This document shows, piece after piece, positions 19,721 through 29,915 of a DNA stretch of 64,000 bases (positions within the stretch are counted from its first letter, which is position 1; every line of letters begins with the position of its first letter). Under the pieces are notes generated by a model. The model did not search any database. It was not told the DNA's origin and worked only from the letters and a program-made list of their open reading frames with translations. This stretch comes from an uncultured Spirochaetota bacterium (GTDB taxonomy: Bacteria > Spirochaetota > Spirochaetia > SZUA-6 > Fen-1364). Both the position numbers and the translations under genes were made by a program. The DNA lies in the NCBI GenBank assembly GCA_963845535.1, contig CAWJSK010000019.1, positions 384,001 to 448,000 of the forward strand, read 5' to 3'.

Positions 19721-21127
19721 ATGAGCTCTCATGCTCCTGCACCTTCCCGGGAACCGCTGGCAGAGCGCATGCGCCCGCGCACTCTGGAAGAATACGTGGG
19801 ACAGTCCCACATCCTCGGCCCGGACAAGCCCCTGCGCCTTCTTCTGGACTCTGGGCACCTGCCGTCCCTCATCTTCTGGGGCCCGCCGGGATGCGGAAAG
19901 AGCTCGCTCGCGCGGATCATTTCGCAGCGCCTCGGCTATTCGTTCCACTTCTTCTCCGCGGTTGTGTCGGGCATACGGGAGCTGAAGGACCTCTTTGCAA
20001 GGCTGGAAACTGAGACTACGGAGAAGAACCTCGTTTTCATCGATGAGATCCACCGGTTCAACAAGGCGCAGCAGGACGCCTTTCTTCCGTACGTGGAAAA
20101 AGGGGTGATCACGCTCATCGGCACCACGACCTTGAACCCCTCTTTCTCCATCGTCTCCCCGCTCCTGTCACGATCCCGGGTGTTCATCCTGAACACACTT
20201 GACGAGGCCGAAATACGGGAAGTCATGGAAAGGGCTCTTGCCGACACGGAGCGTGGATACGGGGCGTTGAAGACAACCACGGAGCCGGAGGTTATGGAGA
20301 TCATTGCGCGCTATTCCCAAGGGGATTGCCGCGCGGCACTCAACGCCTTGGAGATGCTGGTCGAGTCCGAGCGAGCTTCCCGAGGAGCCGACGGCGAGAT
20401 CGCTCTCACGCGCGCCCGGCTGGAAGCGGTCTTCGAAGGAAAGCTCCCGGAGTACGACCGTGATGGGGAAGGTCACTTCAACCTCATCTCGGCCCTGCAC
20501 AAGAGCATCAGGGGCTCGGATCCCGACGCGTCCCTGTATTGGCTGGCCCGCATGCTCGAGGGAGGGGAGGATCCGCTGTACATTGCCCGCAGGCTGCTGA
20601 GGGTTGCCTCGGAGGACGTCGGGCTGGCTGATCCCCAAGCCATCGTGATGGCAAACGCGGCGCAGGAAGCCGTGCATTTTCTTGGCATGCCGGAAGGTGA
20701 CCTTGCGTTGGCCCAGACCGTGGTCTACCTGGCAACGGCCCCCAAGAGCAATGAGATCTATGCCGCCTACACCAAGGCACGAGAGGATGCTCACGAGCAT
20801 GGGGCGGACCCGGTGCCCCTGTACCTCAGGAACCCGGTCACCTCTCTCATGAAGAAGGCGGGCTATGGGAGCGGATACATGTACCCGCACGATTATGAAG
20901 ACCGCGTGGTGAAACAGGACTACTTTCCGTCAACAATGAAAGGCCGCAAGTACTACACTCCGTCGGAGTTCGGGTTCGAGAAGACAATCGGCAAGCGGAT
21001 CATGTGGTGGGAGGAGAAGCGCCGCGGCGGCGGCTCAGGTCGGTCTGGGGGCGCGGACAAATCCGGCGGCCCGTCGGGCGGACCCGCTGGCGGGCCCCCT
21101 GGCGGGCCAGCCGGCAGCCCCCCGTAA
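19721..21127 (+). CDS. rarA: replication-associated recombination protein A (RarA/MgsA AAA+ ATPase)
   Basis: PLAERMRP, WGPPGCGKS, DEIHRFNKAQQD, ISALHKSIRGSD, SEDVGLAD, YPHD. Confidence 0.96.
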   Translation: MSSHAPAPSREPLAERMRPRTLEEYVGQSHILGPDKPLRLLLDSGHLPSLIFWGPPGCGKSSLARIISQRLGYSFHFFSAVVSGIRELKDLFARLETETTEKNLVFIDEIHRFNKAQQDAFLPYVEKGVITLIGTTTLNPSFSIVSPLLSRSRVFILNTLDEAEIREVMERALADTERGYGALKTTTEPEVMEIIARYSQGDCRAALNALEMLVESERASRGADGEIALTRARLEAVFEGKLPEYDRDGEGHFNLISALHKSIRGSDPDASLYWLARMLEGGEDPLYIARRLLRVASEDVGLADPQAIVMANAAQEAVHFLGMPEGDLALAQTVVYLATAPKSNEIYAAYTKAREDAHEHGADPVPLYLRNPVTSLMKKAGYGSGYMYPHDYEDRVVKQDYFPSTMKGRKYYTPSEFGFEKTIGKRIMWWEEKRRGGGSGRSGGADKSGGPSGGPAGGPPGGPAGSPP

Positions 21128-21130
21128 AGA

Positions 21131-22123
21131 TCAAGCTCTCAGGTAGCTTTCGACGATCTCCTCGTATTCAGCGATGGTCTCAGCGTTCACCACGCTCTGG
21201 CGGATCACAGCGCCGCCCTCCATCCCCTTCGTGTACGCCACGAAGTGCTTTCTCATGTCCCGACACGCTTTCTCTTCGCCAACCGAGTCGCTGAGCATCT
21301 TCAGGTGGTCCATCGCGGCAAAAAGGCGCTGACGGGCGTCGATTGTCACGGGCCCGCCCTGGGCTTTCAGGAGCGCCTCGGTCTGCTCGAAGATGAAGGG
21401 GTTGCCCAGGCTGCCCCGCGCAATCATCACGCCGTCACAGCGCGTCTTTTCCAGCATGGACTTGCAATCCTGGGGGGCGAACAAGTCGCCTGATCCGAAC
21501 ACCGGCACCGTGATCTTTTCCTTCAGGATCCTGATGTGATCCATCCGGACCTTCCCGCCAAAACTCTGGGCTCTGGTGCGCGCGTGGAGCGTCACCATGG
21601 ATGCGCCGGCCCGGACCGCCTCCTCGGCGCACGCCACATAGTTGATGGTCCCCTCGTCCCAGCCCAGGCGCAGCTTGACGGTCACCGGAATGTCGGTCTC
21701 CGAACGCATGGCAGCGACGATGGCGCCAACAAGAGCGGGATTGCGAAGCAGGGCCGCCCCGCACCCTGTCTTCAGGACCTTGGGCACGGAGCAACCGCAG
21801 TTCAGGTCTATGAGGGCAGGGGCCATGGGGGCAATACGCCGTACAGCGGCGGCGGCGGTGTCCGCGTCCGAGGCGAAGATCTGGAAGCCGGTCAGCACCT
21901 CGTTCGACGCCCTGGCGAGAAGGCGAAGCGTGGTGCCATTGTTCCGTGAAAGGGCGTCCGCGGACACCATTTCCGTGAAGCACAGCGGCGCGCCGGAGCG
22001 GACGCACACAGACCGGAAGGCGGCGTCAGTGTAGCCCGCCATCGGGGCAAGCCAGACGTTCCCGGGGACCTCAAGGGTGCCGACGCGGACCGGATGAAAG
22101 AGGCAATCAGTCCTGGAGTCCAA
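21131..22123 (-). CDS. dusB: tRNA-dihydrouridine synthase DusB-like
   Basis: LAPMAGYTD, TEMVS, IDLNCGC, VKLRLGW, LHARTR, MIARG; start uncertain (TTG 22123). Confidence 0.9.
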   Translation of the reverse strand: MDSRTDCLFHPVRVGTLEVPGNVWLAPMAGYTDAAFRSVCVRSGAPLCFTEMVSADALSRNNGTTLRLLARASNEVLTGFQIFASDADTAAAAVRRIAPMAPALIDLNCGCSVPKVLKTGCGAALLRNPALVGAIVAAMRSETDIPVTVKLRLGWDEGTINYVACAEEAVRAGASMVTLHARTRAQSFGGKVRMDHIRILKEKITVPVFGSGDLFAPQDCKSMLEKTRCDGVMIARGSLGNPFIFEQTEALLKAQGGPVTIDARQRLFAAMDHLKMLSDSVGEEKACRDMRKHFVAYTKGMEGGAVIRQSVVNAETIAEYEEIVESYLRA

Positions 22124-22880
22124 AGAATGTAAGGCTGTTGGCGTACAGAGCTTCCGTGATTTCCTCCACGGCCGCCTCGCGCAGCTGCGCAATGAAGGCC
22201 GCGGTCTCATTGATGTACGAGGGCTTGTTCCTCTTTCCCCGGTAGACCGCGGGAACCATGAACGGGGCCTCGCTCTCGATGAGCATCCGGTCCAGGGGGA
22301 TCTTCTTGGCCGTATCCTGGAGGTTGCGGGCGTTGCGATACGTCACATTGCCGGCAAATGATATCCAAAGGTTGAGCTCCAGGGCTTTCTTTGCGTATTC
22401 GTAGTCCTCCGAATAACAGTGGAGGATGCCGCCCCTTTTGGGGAGCCTTTCGCGGAGGATCTCCAGCACGTCCGACCCCGCGTCCCGGTTGTGGATGATC
22501 ACCGGAAGGGACAGCTTTTCCGCCAGCTCCAACTGGCGGATGAACAACTCCACCTGCGAGTCGCGATCTCCGAACTTGCGGTAATAGTCCAGGCCGATCT
22601 CCCCGATTGCAACCACGCGGTCCAGACGGGTGCCATCCTGGATCTTGGCTTCCCAGTCATCACCCGGCTGCACAACGGAGGAAGGCGAAATGCCGATACT
22701 GTGATAGACGTTCGTTTCGGTCTTGAGGTTCGAAAAGAGTTGAGCGAAGTCGATCAGGTTGTTGGAGACAGTCACCAGATGCTGTACGCCTTCCTGCCTT
22801 GCCTCCTGCACGACGATGAGCTGGTCGATAGGGTCTTCGGTTATGAGGCCTATGTGAGCGTGCGTGTCAAAATAGCGCAT
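22107..22880 (-). CDS. tatD: TatD family nuclease
   Basis: DTHAH, AIGEIGLDY, IIHNRDA, LHCYS. Confidence 0.93.
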   Translation of the reverse strand: MRYFDTHAHIGLITEDPIDQLIVVQEARQEGVQHLVTVSNNLIDFAQLFSNLKTETNVYHSIGISPSSVVQPGDDWEAKIQDGTRLDRVVAIGEIGLDYYRKFGDRDSQVELFIRQLELAEKLSLPVIIHNRDAGSDVLEILRERLPKRGGILHCYSEDYEYAKKALELNLWISFAGNVTYRNARNLQDTAKKIPLDRMLIESEAPFMVPAVYRGKRNKPSYINETAAFIAQLREAAVEEITEALYANSLTFFGLQD

Positions 22881-23052
22881 ATGTCTCCGTTGGGATGGTT
22901 GTCGAAAGAGCTTGGTTCTTCTTCTTCCGATTTTTATCTAGAGTACCATGCTGCTGTTGGCAAGTCAAACATAATTTCGGGCATTTTGAGCGCCCGTTTT
23001 TCCGCCGTTTCGCTGTCTGTCATAATGAAGAAGCGCGCGTTCCTGGCGATGT

Positions 23053-23081
23053 TTGACAAAGAACCCTCTCTATGGTAGTAT
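23053..23081 (+). promoter_or_regulatory. sigma70-type promoter of the M23 operon
   Basis: TTGACA-N17-TAGTAT with TG extension. Confidence 0.6.
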
Positions 23082-23159
23082 TTGCAGGATTTTCTTATAC
23101 TATCGATGGAATGAGACCTTTGTAATGGATTGATACCGTAGCGTAAGAAGGGAAAGACC

Positions 23160-24200
23160 TTGCCCGTCACCCAATACAAGAACGTCGAGAAACAGTTCGC
23201 TGGCAGGTTCGGGTCATGGATCCGGCGGATCTGGGTCTCGATGGGAAATTTCTTCAAACGCATCATGCAGAAGGGGAAGCAGCGCTTCACGGTGATGCTG
23301 ATCCCCCATTCGGAGAAGAAGATCTTCAATTTTCAGATCTCCTTCTTCACCCTCATCTTCGTGACCATCACCCTCGGCGTCGTGCTGGTCGGCTTCTTTC
23401 TGCTTGCCACCAATTTCACCTACACGAATGAGAAGATCACGAAGGTCTCCCTGGACCTTCAGAGCAACGAAACGACCATGCAGAACCTGAAGGACGAGAT
23501 CTCGGGGATCCGGAAAGCCGGCAGGAGCTTCAAGGCCAGCATGGACAACGTGATGAGCGTCATCGGCAACCAGGACTACCTAAGCTCGGTAAGCTCCGGA
23601 GGGGTTGGCGCCTCGTACCTTGCCCCTGAGGATGGCGAAGTCGGGAACCTCAAGGAACTGGCGGACCTGAAGAGCATGACAAGCCTCATGGAGAGCTCCG
23701 TCGAGCCGTTGGATGAGATCAACAAGGTCCTCAGCACGTACAAGGAGCTTCTGGCGGACACCCCCACCATGTGGCCGCTGAAGGGCGTGCGGGGGAACAT
23801 CACCACGCGCTTCGGCTGGACCATCCACCCCTTCACCCACCTGGGGTATCTCCACACCGGCGTTGACATCGCGTGGGCCCTCGGGACCCCCGTTGAGGCC
23901 ACCGCCAACGGCACCGTGGTGCAGACCGGCTACACCGAGGACGCAGGGAACTTCATCACCATCCAGCACAAGTACGGCTTCACCACCCGCTACCTCCACC
24001 TGTTGGAAATTGTGACGCGCAAGGGGACGCACGTGAACCGGGGGGACACCATCGGATACGTCGGGAGCACGGGCCTTTCCACCGGCCCGCATCTGCACTA
24101 CGAGGTTCGCCTCGGGGCGAACTACGTGGACCCCATGAACTTCCTTTCAATCACCCCGGACCTTGCCGGAATCAAGGTCAGCGGGAGGGCCACGGATTGA
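23160..24200 (+). CDS. M23 family metallopeptidase, membrane anchored with coiled coil
   Basis: HTGVD, YLHL, STGPHLHYEV. Confidence 0.93.
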   Translation: MPVTQYKNVEKQFAGRFGSWIRRIWVSMGNFFKRIMQKGKQRFTVMLIPHSEKKIFNFQISFFTLIFVTITLGVVLVGFFLLATNFTYTNEKITKVSLDLQSNETTMQNLKDEISGIRKAGRSFKASMDNVMSVIGNQDYLSSVSSGGVGASYLAPEDGEVGNLKELADLKSMTSLMESSVEPLDEINKVLSTYKELLADTPTMWPLKGVRGNITTRFGWTIHPFTHLGYLHTGVDIAWALGTPVEATANGTVVQTGYTEDAGNFITIQHKYGFTTRYLHLLEIVTRKGTHVNRGDTIGYVGSTGLSTGPHLHYEVRLGANYVDPMNFLSITPDLAGIKVSGRATD

Positions 24201-24640
24201 GTGATACTCGTTTCACCGACGACGCCTTCATAAACTCCATCATCGGCGAAGGGACCCGGTTCAAGGGTGAGTTCGACCTGAACGGCCTTTTGAGGATTGA
24301 CGGAGACTTCACGGGCGTCATCCGTACCCGGGGGAAGGTGCTCGTGGGCCAGAACGGCCGCGCGGAGTGCACGCTTCACGCCGGGACGGTCGTGGTGGGA
24401 GGGGTGGTGCGCGGGGAGATCGTCTCCACGGAAAAGGTGATCATCCTGTCCACCGGCCTGGTCCTGGGCAACATCTCCACCCCGCGGCTCATCGTGGAGG
24501 AGGGGGTCATCTTCAACGGTTCGTGCAGGATTACGACGCCCGCGGGGGAATCGCCGCGCAGCGGACCCTCCAACGGGCAAAGACCGGCCGCGTCCCTTTC
24601 CCAGAAGGAAGTGGCGGCGCTGCCCGGGCAAAAACGCTGA
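24197..24640 (+). CDS. bactofilin (polymer-forming cytoskeletal protein)
   Basis: SIIGEGT, LRIDG, beta-helix repeats, EEGVIFNGSC. Confidence 0.92.
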   Translation: MSDTRFTDDAFINSIIGEGTRFKGEFDLNGLLRIDGDFTGVIRTRGKVLVGQNGRAECTLHAGTVVVGGVVRGEIVSTEKVIILSTGLVLGNISTPRLIVEEGVIFNGSCRITTPAGESPRSGPSNGQRPAASLSQKEVAALPGQKR

Positions 24641-24655
24641 GCAGCCTCCCTCCCC

Positions 24656-25141
24656 ATGGCGCGCATTGATTCCCTGGGTGAAGCCTCCTCCTGGCTCATT
24701 CCTGAAAAAAAGAAGGCGGGAAAGAAAGAGAAGGCGCAGCGCAAGACCTTTTCCCAGATGGTAGAGTCAGCCGCGGAAGGGGAAAAGGCGGAGGAGGATG
24801 ACCTTGACCAACGGGATTCCCGCCAGGGGGTCCGGGAGTTGCTGGACGGGGTGTTCGCTTCCGGGGAGGCGTTGAAAAAAGTCCCGACAATGGAGACGAT
24901 CAAGGACTATCGCCAGAAAGTGAAGGATTTCCTGAAATACGTGGTGCAAAAATCCGTCCGTGTTGAGGAGACCCTGTCGGGCGCCAACATCCTGAAGCGG
25001 AAGCGGTTCACCCTTGTGCGAGTGATCGATGAAAAACTTGACGCCCTGGCGGCCTCGGTGCTGGCCGCGCAGAAAGAGCAGATTTCGATCCTGGCGCAGA
25101 TAGACCAGATCAACGGGATGCTCGTTGACCTCGTCTCCTGA
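24656..25141 (+). CDS. YaaR/DUF327 family protein
   Basis: GEALKK.PT...IKDYRQKVK.FL, IDEKLD.LA, IDQINGMLVDL. Confidence 0.85.
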   Translation: MARIDSLGEASSWLIPEKKKAGKKEKAQRKTFSQMVESAAEGEKAEEDDLDQRDSRQGVRELLDGVFASGEALKKVPTMETIKDYRQKVKDFLKYVVQKSVRVEETLSGANILKRKRFTLVRVIDEKLDALAASVLAAQKEQISILAQIDQINGMLVDLVS

Positions 25142-25181
25142 AAAAGAACCGCCAGCGCCATGGGTCCAAGGAGCGAATCGC

Positions 25182-26126
25182 ATGAGCGATCATGATGACA
25201 TCATCACCGAAGATTCCTTTCCGGAGGACGTCGCGGAAGGTTCCTCTCCCGCTTCAGCCCCGGTGGTGCTCGAGGGGAAGACCGTCTGGCGCGTGAAGGT
25301 CCTGTATTCCAAAGCCACGGAGTTCTGCGAGTCCCCGGCGGAGCTCGAGGTGAAGATCGGTGACATGGTGGTGGTGCCCACCCGCTACGGCAATGAGCTT
25401 GGACGGGTCTTGGGCAGGGAAACGGACCCCGCGGAAGTCACGGGAGAGCTTCGCTCCATCCTTCGGGTGGCAAGCCCCGCTGACCTCGTTCGGGTGGAGG
25501 AGAACGACACCCGGGAGGACAGGGCGTTCGAGGTCTGCCGGGACAAGATCGAGGCGCGCGGCCTTTCCATGAAGCTCGTGAGCGCCCACTATATCCTCGA
25601 CGAGCAGAAGATCCTGTTCTTCTTCACCGCTGAGAACCGCGTGGATTTCCGCGAGCTGGTCAAGGACCTCGTGGGCATCTTCAAGATGCGCATCGAGCTG
25701 CGGCAGATCGGCGTGCGCGACGAAGCGCGCGTGGTGGGCGGCCTGGGGATCTGCGGGAGGGCCCTGTGCTGCAACGCCGTGACGGACAGGCTCAGGCCGG
25801 TGTCCATCAAGATGGCGAAGGAGCAGAACCTCACGCTGAACTCCATGAAGATTTCCGGGCCCTGCGGCCGGCTTCTCTGCTGCCTGTCCTACGAGTTCGA
25901 CGTCTACAAGGAGGCGCGCCTGACCTTGCCGGGGATGGGCACGCGCGTGCATTACGACGGAGAAGAGTTCAAGGTCACGGACATGAACGTTCTGGCCCGG
26001 CGGCTGCGCTTCCAGGGAGAGAGCGGGCGCGTGCTCGACGTCGGGTTCGACTCACTCTCACGCAACCCGCAGACCCAGGCCTGGGAGCTTCACATCAGGA
26101 CCGGCGGCGAGCAGCCTCAGCAATAG
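25182..26126 (+). CDS. PSP1/YaaT (RicT) family protein
   Basis: FTAENRVDFRELVKDL, RIELRQIGVRDEA, GICGRALCC, KISGPCGRLLCCL. Confidence 0.93.
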   Translation: MSDHDDIITEDSFPEDVAEGSSPASAPVVLEGKTVWRVKVLYSKATEFCESPAELEVKIGDMVVVPTRYGNELGRVLGRETDPAEVTGELRSILRVASPADLVRVEENDTREDRAFEVCRDKIEARGLSMKLVSAHYILDEQKILFFFTAENRVDFRELVKDLVGIFKMRIELRQIGVRDEARVVGGLGICGRALCCNAVTDRLRPVSIKMAKEQNLTLNSMKISGPCGRLLCCLSYEFDVYKEARLTLPGMGTRVHYDGEEFKVTDMNVLARRLRFQGESGRVLDVGFDSLSRNPQTQAWELHIRTGGEQPQQ

Positions 26127-26162
26127 ACCGACGCCGTCCTGACCCCTCAACCCTCCTGACCC

Positions 26163-27572
26163 TCAATAGGTTACTTTCTCACCCTTGGCCAGCTCGTCCA
26201 GCTTCGTGAGCGTGGTCGTCAGTTGCTGCCTGGTCAGGGCGAACTCGCTCCTTCCGTCAATGAAGATCGCATCGAAGTCCCTGTTGTACGGGGCGTAGAC
26301 GATTGTTGCAGCCTTTGTCGGCCCTTTGCTGAGGAAGAACCGCACCGTCACGTCCGGCTTCTCCGGCACCTGTTTTCGGGTCTCTCCCTCCACCTGCATG
26401 CCGACCACCTGCTGGTAAAACGCCTTGAAGGAGTCCTCTTCCACGGTCTTCCCGTCCACCGTGTAGGTGGCCTGGACCGTGTCCTTCTCATCCTTCTTCT
26501 CCGCTTTCTTCGTCACGCGCGTGATGACCAGGGAATGGGTGACGCCTCCGCTAGAAATCTCCATCTTGTCCACGTCATCGATATTCGGGATGAAGACGAA
26601 CTTGTCCACGATGTCCCATGCCGTGGTCTTCAGGAACGAGAGGCTCGACGTGTCAGTGGCGTAGACGCTCGGCTGCCCGCGGATCATGAAGTACGTCTTG
26701 TCCTTGCCGTCATCAGAGCCAATGAGGAAATCAAGCGTGTTCGATTTGTCACGGACCACCACTTCGTCCCGGGGCTGGGCAAGCCCGTACTGTGAGAGGT
26801 CCCGGGGAGAGTCGTTCACGAATGAGGAGATCTGTACCTGCTGCGGCCCCTTGATGAAGCTGTCTCCCTTCTCTCCGTCCACGCCGCGCGCACCTGCGTA
26901 CGGGCGCGTCATCAGGTAGCGGCCGAACCCGAGCTGGAAGGTCTTGGTTTCCGCCGGGGTCTTTTCCTTCAGCTCGATTTCTGATCCGTCCGCCCGCCTG
27001 AGGCGGAAATAGGTGACCTCATCATAGTTGAGCGCGGGGCTGATCTTCTTGTCGCGAAGGTCCGCGAGTTTCCAGTGCATCTGGTCCCCGTGGTCCTGCC
27101 AGACCGTGTAGACCTTCGGGTCTCCCTTGATCTGCATGTAGTAGGTGTTGCCGCTCGGAGTCTTGTCCCCGAGGAGGATGGTCTTTGTGGTGCCGTCGGC
27201 GTAAAGGGCCGTCCCTTGCGCCCGCGGCGGGGCAAGGCCGAACTGAGCGAGGTCCGTTGGGTGCTCATCAATCACGCGCTCGGCGTTGAGCGCGGTGAAC
27301 GTCAGGGCGAGGTCGTCGACGTTCGATTCATCCAGCGCGAAGTGCGCGGGGGAATCCGCCGTCCACGTCTTTCCTTTTTTTTCCAGCGTCAGCGTGCCTT
27401 CCGGCCTGTCGCTGAGGGTGATCTTCACGAGCTTGTCCTTGTCCGTGTTGATGAGCTGCGGAAGGGCGTTCGTGGATTTGACCGGTTTGGGCCGGGAAAC
27501 AACCACGTACGCCACCACGAGCCCGGCAAGCACGACGAGGACAATGAGAAGTGTGAGAAGACGCTTGCTCAT
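26163..27572 (-). CDS. DUF4340 domain protein
   Basis: N-terminal TM anchor; two repeats of L..(F/Y)GL..P...IG...Y; LRDK motif. Confidence 0.8.
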   Translation of the reverse strand: MSKRLLTLLIVLVVLAGLVVAYVVVSRPKPVKSTNALPQLINTDKDKLVKITLSDRPEGTLTLEKKGKTWTADSPAHFALDESNVDDLALTFTALNAERVIDEHPTDLAQFGLAPPRAQGTALYADGTTKTILLGDKTPSGNTYYMQIKGDPKVYTVWQDHGDQMHWKLADLRDKKISPALNYDEVTYFRLRRADGSEIELKEKTPAETKTFQLGFGRYLMTRPYAGARGVDGEKGDSFIKGPQQVQISSFVNDSPRDLSQYGLAQPRDEVVVRDKSNTLDFLIGSDDGKDKTYFMIRGQPSVYATDTSSLSFLKTTAWDIVDKFVFIPNIDDVDKMEISSGGVTHSLVITRVTKKAEKKDEKDTVQATYTVDGKTVEEDSFKAFYQQVVGMQVEGETRKQVPEKPDVTVRFFLSKGPTKAATIVYAPYNRDFDAIFIDGRSEFALTRQQLTTTLTKLDELAKGEKVTY

Positions 27573-29029
27573 AGATGCCGTCTCCTGATCCAGACCGTGA
27601 AACCCGCTCCCAGCACGAGGAGCGGCAAGATGATGACGACGAGGCCCGAGAAGAGGAGGGCCTGGAGGTTGCTGAGCCCCAGCCTCATGGTGAGCATGTC
27701 CTTGGGCCGCACGGTGATCTCATCCTTCTTGCCTCTCAGCCAGCCGAGGGTGTTGAGGAAGAAGTCCGTATTCCCGGGGACCTGGGAGGAGAGGGACTGG
27801 GTGAGGAAGCGCGCGGAGGCTACGACGACGAGCTTCGTGTCCTTCTTCGAGGGATCAGGAGCCGGGTCGGTGATTGCCACGGCAAGGGTGAACGGCCCCT
27901 GCGCGTCCCCTTTCTGCTTCTCGAGGGTCTTGATGTTCTCTATGTTCCTTTTGCCCCACGAGTTGTCGGAGGAGCTGAGGAGAGGCTCGACCTTCAAGGT
28001 GCGCTTCTTCAGCGCGAGCGTCTCGATGGACTGGGAGAACGGCATGAGGATGGCCAGGTTGGCGCTGCGCAGCGGAGAGACGATGTCGTGGTACTCGAGC
28101 TTCGGGATCAGGTACATGGGGTTGCCGGCAGCCACGCTGTTCTGGTCACCTTCCACCACGACCATGCTGTGAACGGCCACGCCGTAGCTCTGCAGAATTC
28201 CTGCGAGGTGGGGGAATGCGTCGTCGCTTCGAAGCAGATCGAAGATGAACTCGGCTTTTCCGCCGTTGGCCAGGTACGTCCTGATCTTGGTGTCATCCTC
28301 GGCCGAGATGTCTGTCTTGGGGGCAAGAACGAGAAGCATGTCAGCGTCCGCGGGAACCGCCGGAACAGTGAGGAGGGTGAGCGGTTTCACCGCGTAATTC
28401 TCATTTCCCACCGCCGTGGAAAGCCCGAGCGAATCCAGGGTCTGTTCCCCGTGCCCCTGAAGGACGTCAATGGTCACGTTCTTCAACGCCGTCACGTAAT
28501 TGATGGAGGAGGTGACCCTCTGTTCGACCGAAAGGGACGTGAGGGTAGGCTGCTGGTTCGGGTTGGAGTAGTCGTAGTTGTACATGTCGTACTGGCCAAT
28601 GGTCTTGTACTTCTCCCCGCTTGCAACGACAACCGCGCCGGCGCCGGGCCCCTGGCCGTTGGTTTCATACTGTCGCGCCCAGCCGGGGTTCCTCTCCGGG
28701 TCCATCGTCTCCAGCTTGATGTGGTGGCTGCGCGCGGCGTACTTGGAGAGGATCTCCTTGACCGTGGGGTCTTCGCTGCCGGCCCGCGCCACCATGGTGA
28801 TCGTGACGTCCTTGGTGAGGCCGTCAAGCACCTTGTACGTCTCGGGGGAGAGAGAGAACATGTGGTTCTTCGTCAAGTCGAGCTTCCCGGGGATCTGCTG
28901 GACCAGCACGTTGACGACGACCACGATGGCCAGCGCCACCACGACGAGGAGCGTGGCGTAACCCCCGAAGCGGAGCTTCCGCGTCGAAATGGAGCTTGAA
29001 AGCCAATTGAAGAATGATTGTTTTTTCAC
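27569..29029 (-). CDS. GldG-like ABC-associated auxiliary protein
   Basis: DLTKNHMFSLS, DP, EQRVTS, GHGE, APKTD, YLANGGK, GNTDF, C-terminal TM plus RRR. Confidence 0.85.
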   Translation of the reverse strand: MKKQSFFNWLSSSISTRKLRFGGYATLLVVVALAIVVVVNVLVQQIPGKLDLTKNHMFSLSPETYKVLDGLTKDVTITMVARAGSEDPTVKEILSKYAARSHHIKLETMDPERNPGWARQYETNGQGPGAGAVVVASGEKYKTIGQYDMYNYDYSNPNQQPTLTSLSVEQRVTSSINYVTALKNVTIDVLQGHGEQTLDSLGLSTAVGNENYAVKPLTLLTVPAVPADADMLLVLAPKTDISAEDDTKIRTYLANGGKAEFIFDLLRSDDAFPHLAGILQSYGVAVHSMVVVEGDQNSVAAGNPMYLIPKLEYHDIVSPLRSANLAILMPFSQSIETLALKKRTLKVEPLLSSSDNSWGKRNIENIKTLEKQKGDAQGPFTLAVAITDPAPDPSKKDTKLVVVASARFLTQSLSSQVPGNTDFFLNTLGWLRGKKDEITVRPKDMLTMRLGLSNLQALLFSGLVVIILPLLVLGAGFTVWIRRRHL

Positions 29030-29044
29030 GGGCTTGTATCTCCC

Positions 29045-29914
29045 TTACATCCAGCGGCGTCTCTCGATCATCCGGACGGTGAGGAACACGAACACGCCGG
29101 AGAACGAGATGTAGTAGACGATCGGGGCAAGCCCCAGGACGCCCATGGTGAAGTCGTTGTACCGCTTCAGGAGCGAGAACCAGCCGAGGATTCTCGCTAT
29201 CAGCCCCTCATAGAACGATCTCTTCAGGACGAACAGGAGCACGATGACGACTGCCGCTACGACGAGCGTCAGGACGGCGGCCGGCGTGCTGCGCGTGCTG
29301 AAGAAGACCAGGGCCACGAATGCCAGGGCCAGGAGGGCCAGGAACACGAACCCGGACACCGGGTCACTGGGAACGCTCTGCGCAATGAAGTCCAGGATCC
29401 AGATCAGGAGGAGCGCGGCGAACGTCTCCACGGCGGCAATGAGCTGGTTGTCCGTGAGGGAGGAGAAGAACAGGCCCACGGAAATGAACGAGGACCCCAG
29501 GAGGAAGAACCCGATGTATCCGCCCAGGATCTCCCACCAGCCCAGCCCGCCCAGGGCGAAAAAGCTCATGATGATGGGGTAGATCAGCGTGATGAGGAGC
29601 GTGATGAGGAACACCCCCACCGCTGCCAGGTATTTGCCCATGACGATGCCCGTGATCCCCAGCGGGCTCGTGATGAGCAGCTGGTCCGTCTTCTGCCGCG
29701 TCTCTTCCGAGATCAGCCTCATGGTGAGGATGGGCACCACGAAGAGGAAGATGAACGTGATGGACCCCAGGACGCCCGTGTAGTTCGGGTTTCCCGACAG
29801 AAGGTTGGAGATTGCGAAGAACACGCCGGCAAGGAGGATGAAGAAGCCGATGAACGTGAACCCGATGGGGGAGACGAAGTATGCGGCCAGCTCGCGGCGG
29901 AATACTGCCAGCAT
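29045..29914 (-). CDS. ABC-2 permease (GldF-like)
   Basis: RELAAYFVSP, PILTMRLISEE, LLITSP, GKYLAA, SSLTDNQLIAA. Confidence 0.9.
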   Translation of the reverse strand: MLAVFRRELAAYFVSPIGFTFIGFFILLAGVFFAISNLLSGNPNYTGVLGSITFIFLFVVPILTMRLISEETRQKTDQLLITSPLGITGIVMGKYLAAVGVFLITLLITLIYPIIMSFFALGGLGWWEILGGYIGFFLLGSSFISVGLFFSSLTDNQLIAAVETFAALLLIWILDFIAQSVPSDPVSGFVFLALLALAFVALVFFSTRSTPAAVLTLVVAAVVIVLLFVLKRSFYEGLIARILGWFSLLKRYNDFTMGVLGLAPIVYYISFSGVFVFLTVRMIERRRWM

Positions 29915-29915
29915 G

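Noticed and set aside
27575..28999. Long antisense or alternate-frame ORFs (e.g. 27575-28999, 41953-43206, 15662-16795)
   Set aside because: Shadow ORFs expected in high-GC DNA opposite well-supported genes; no motifs
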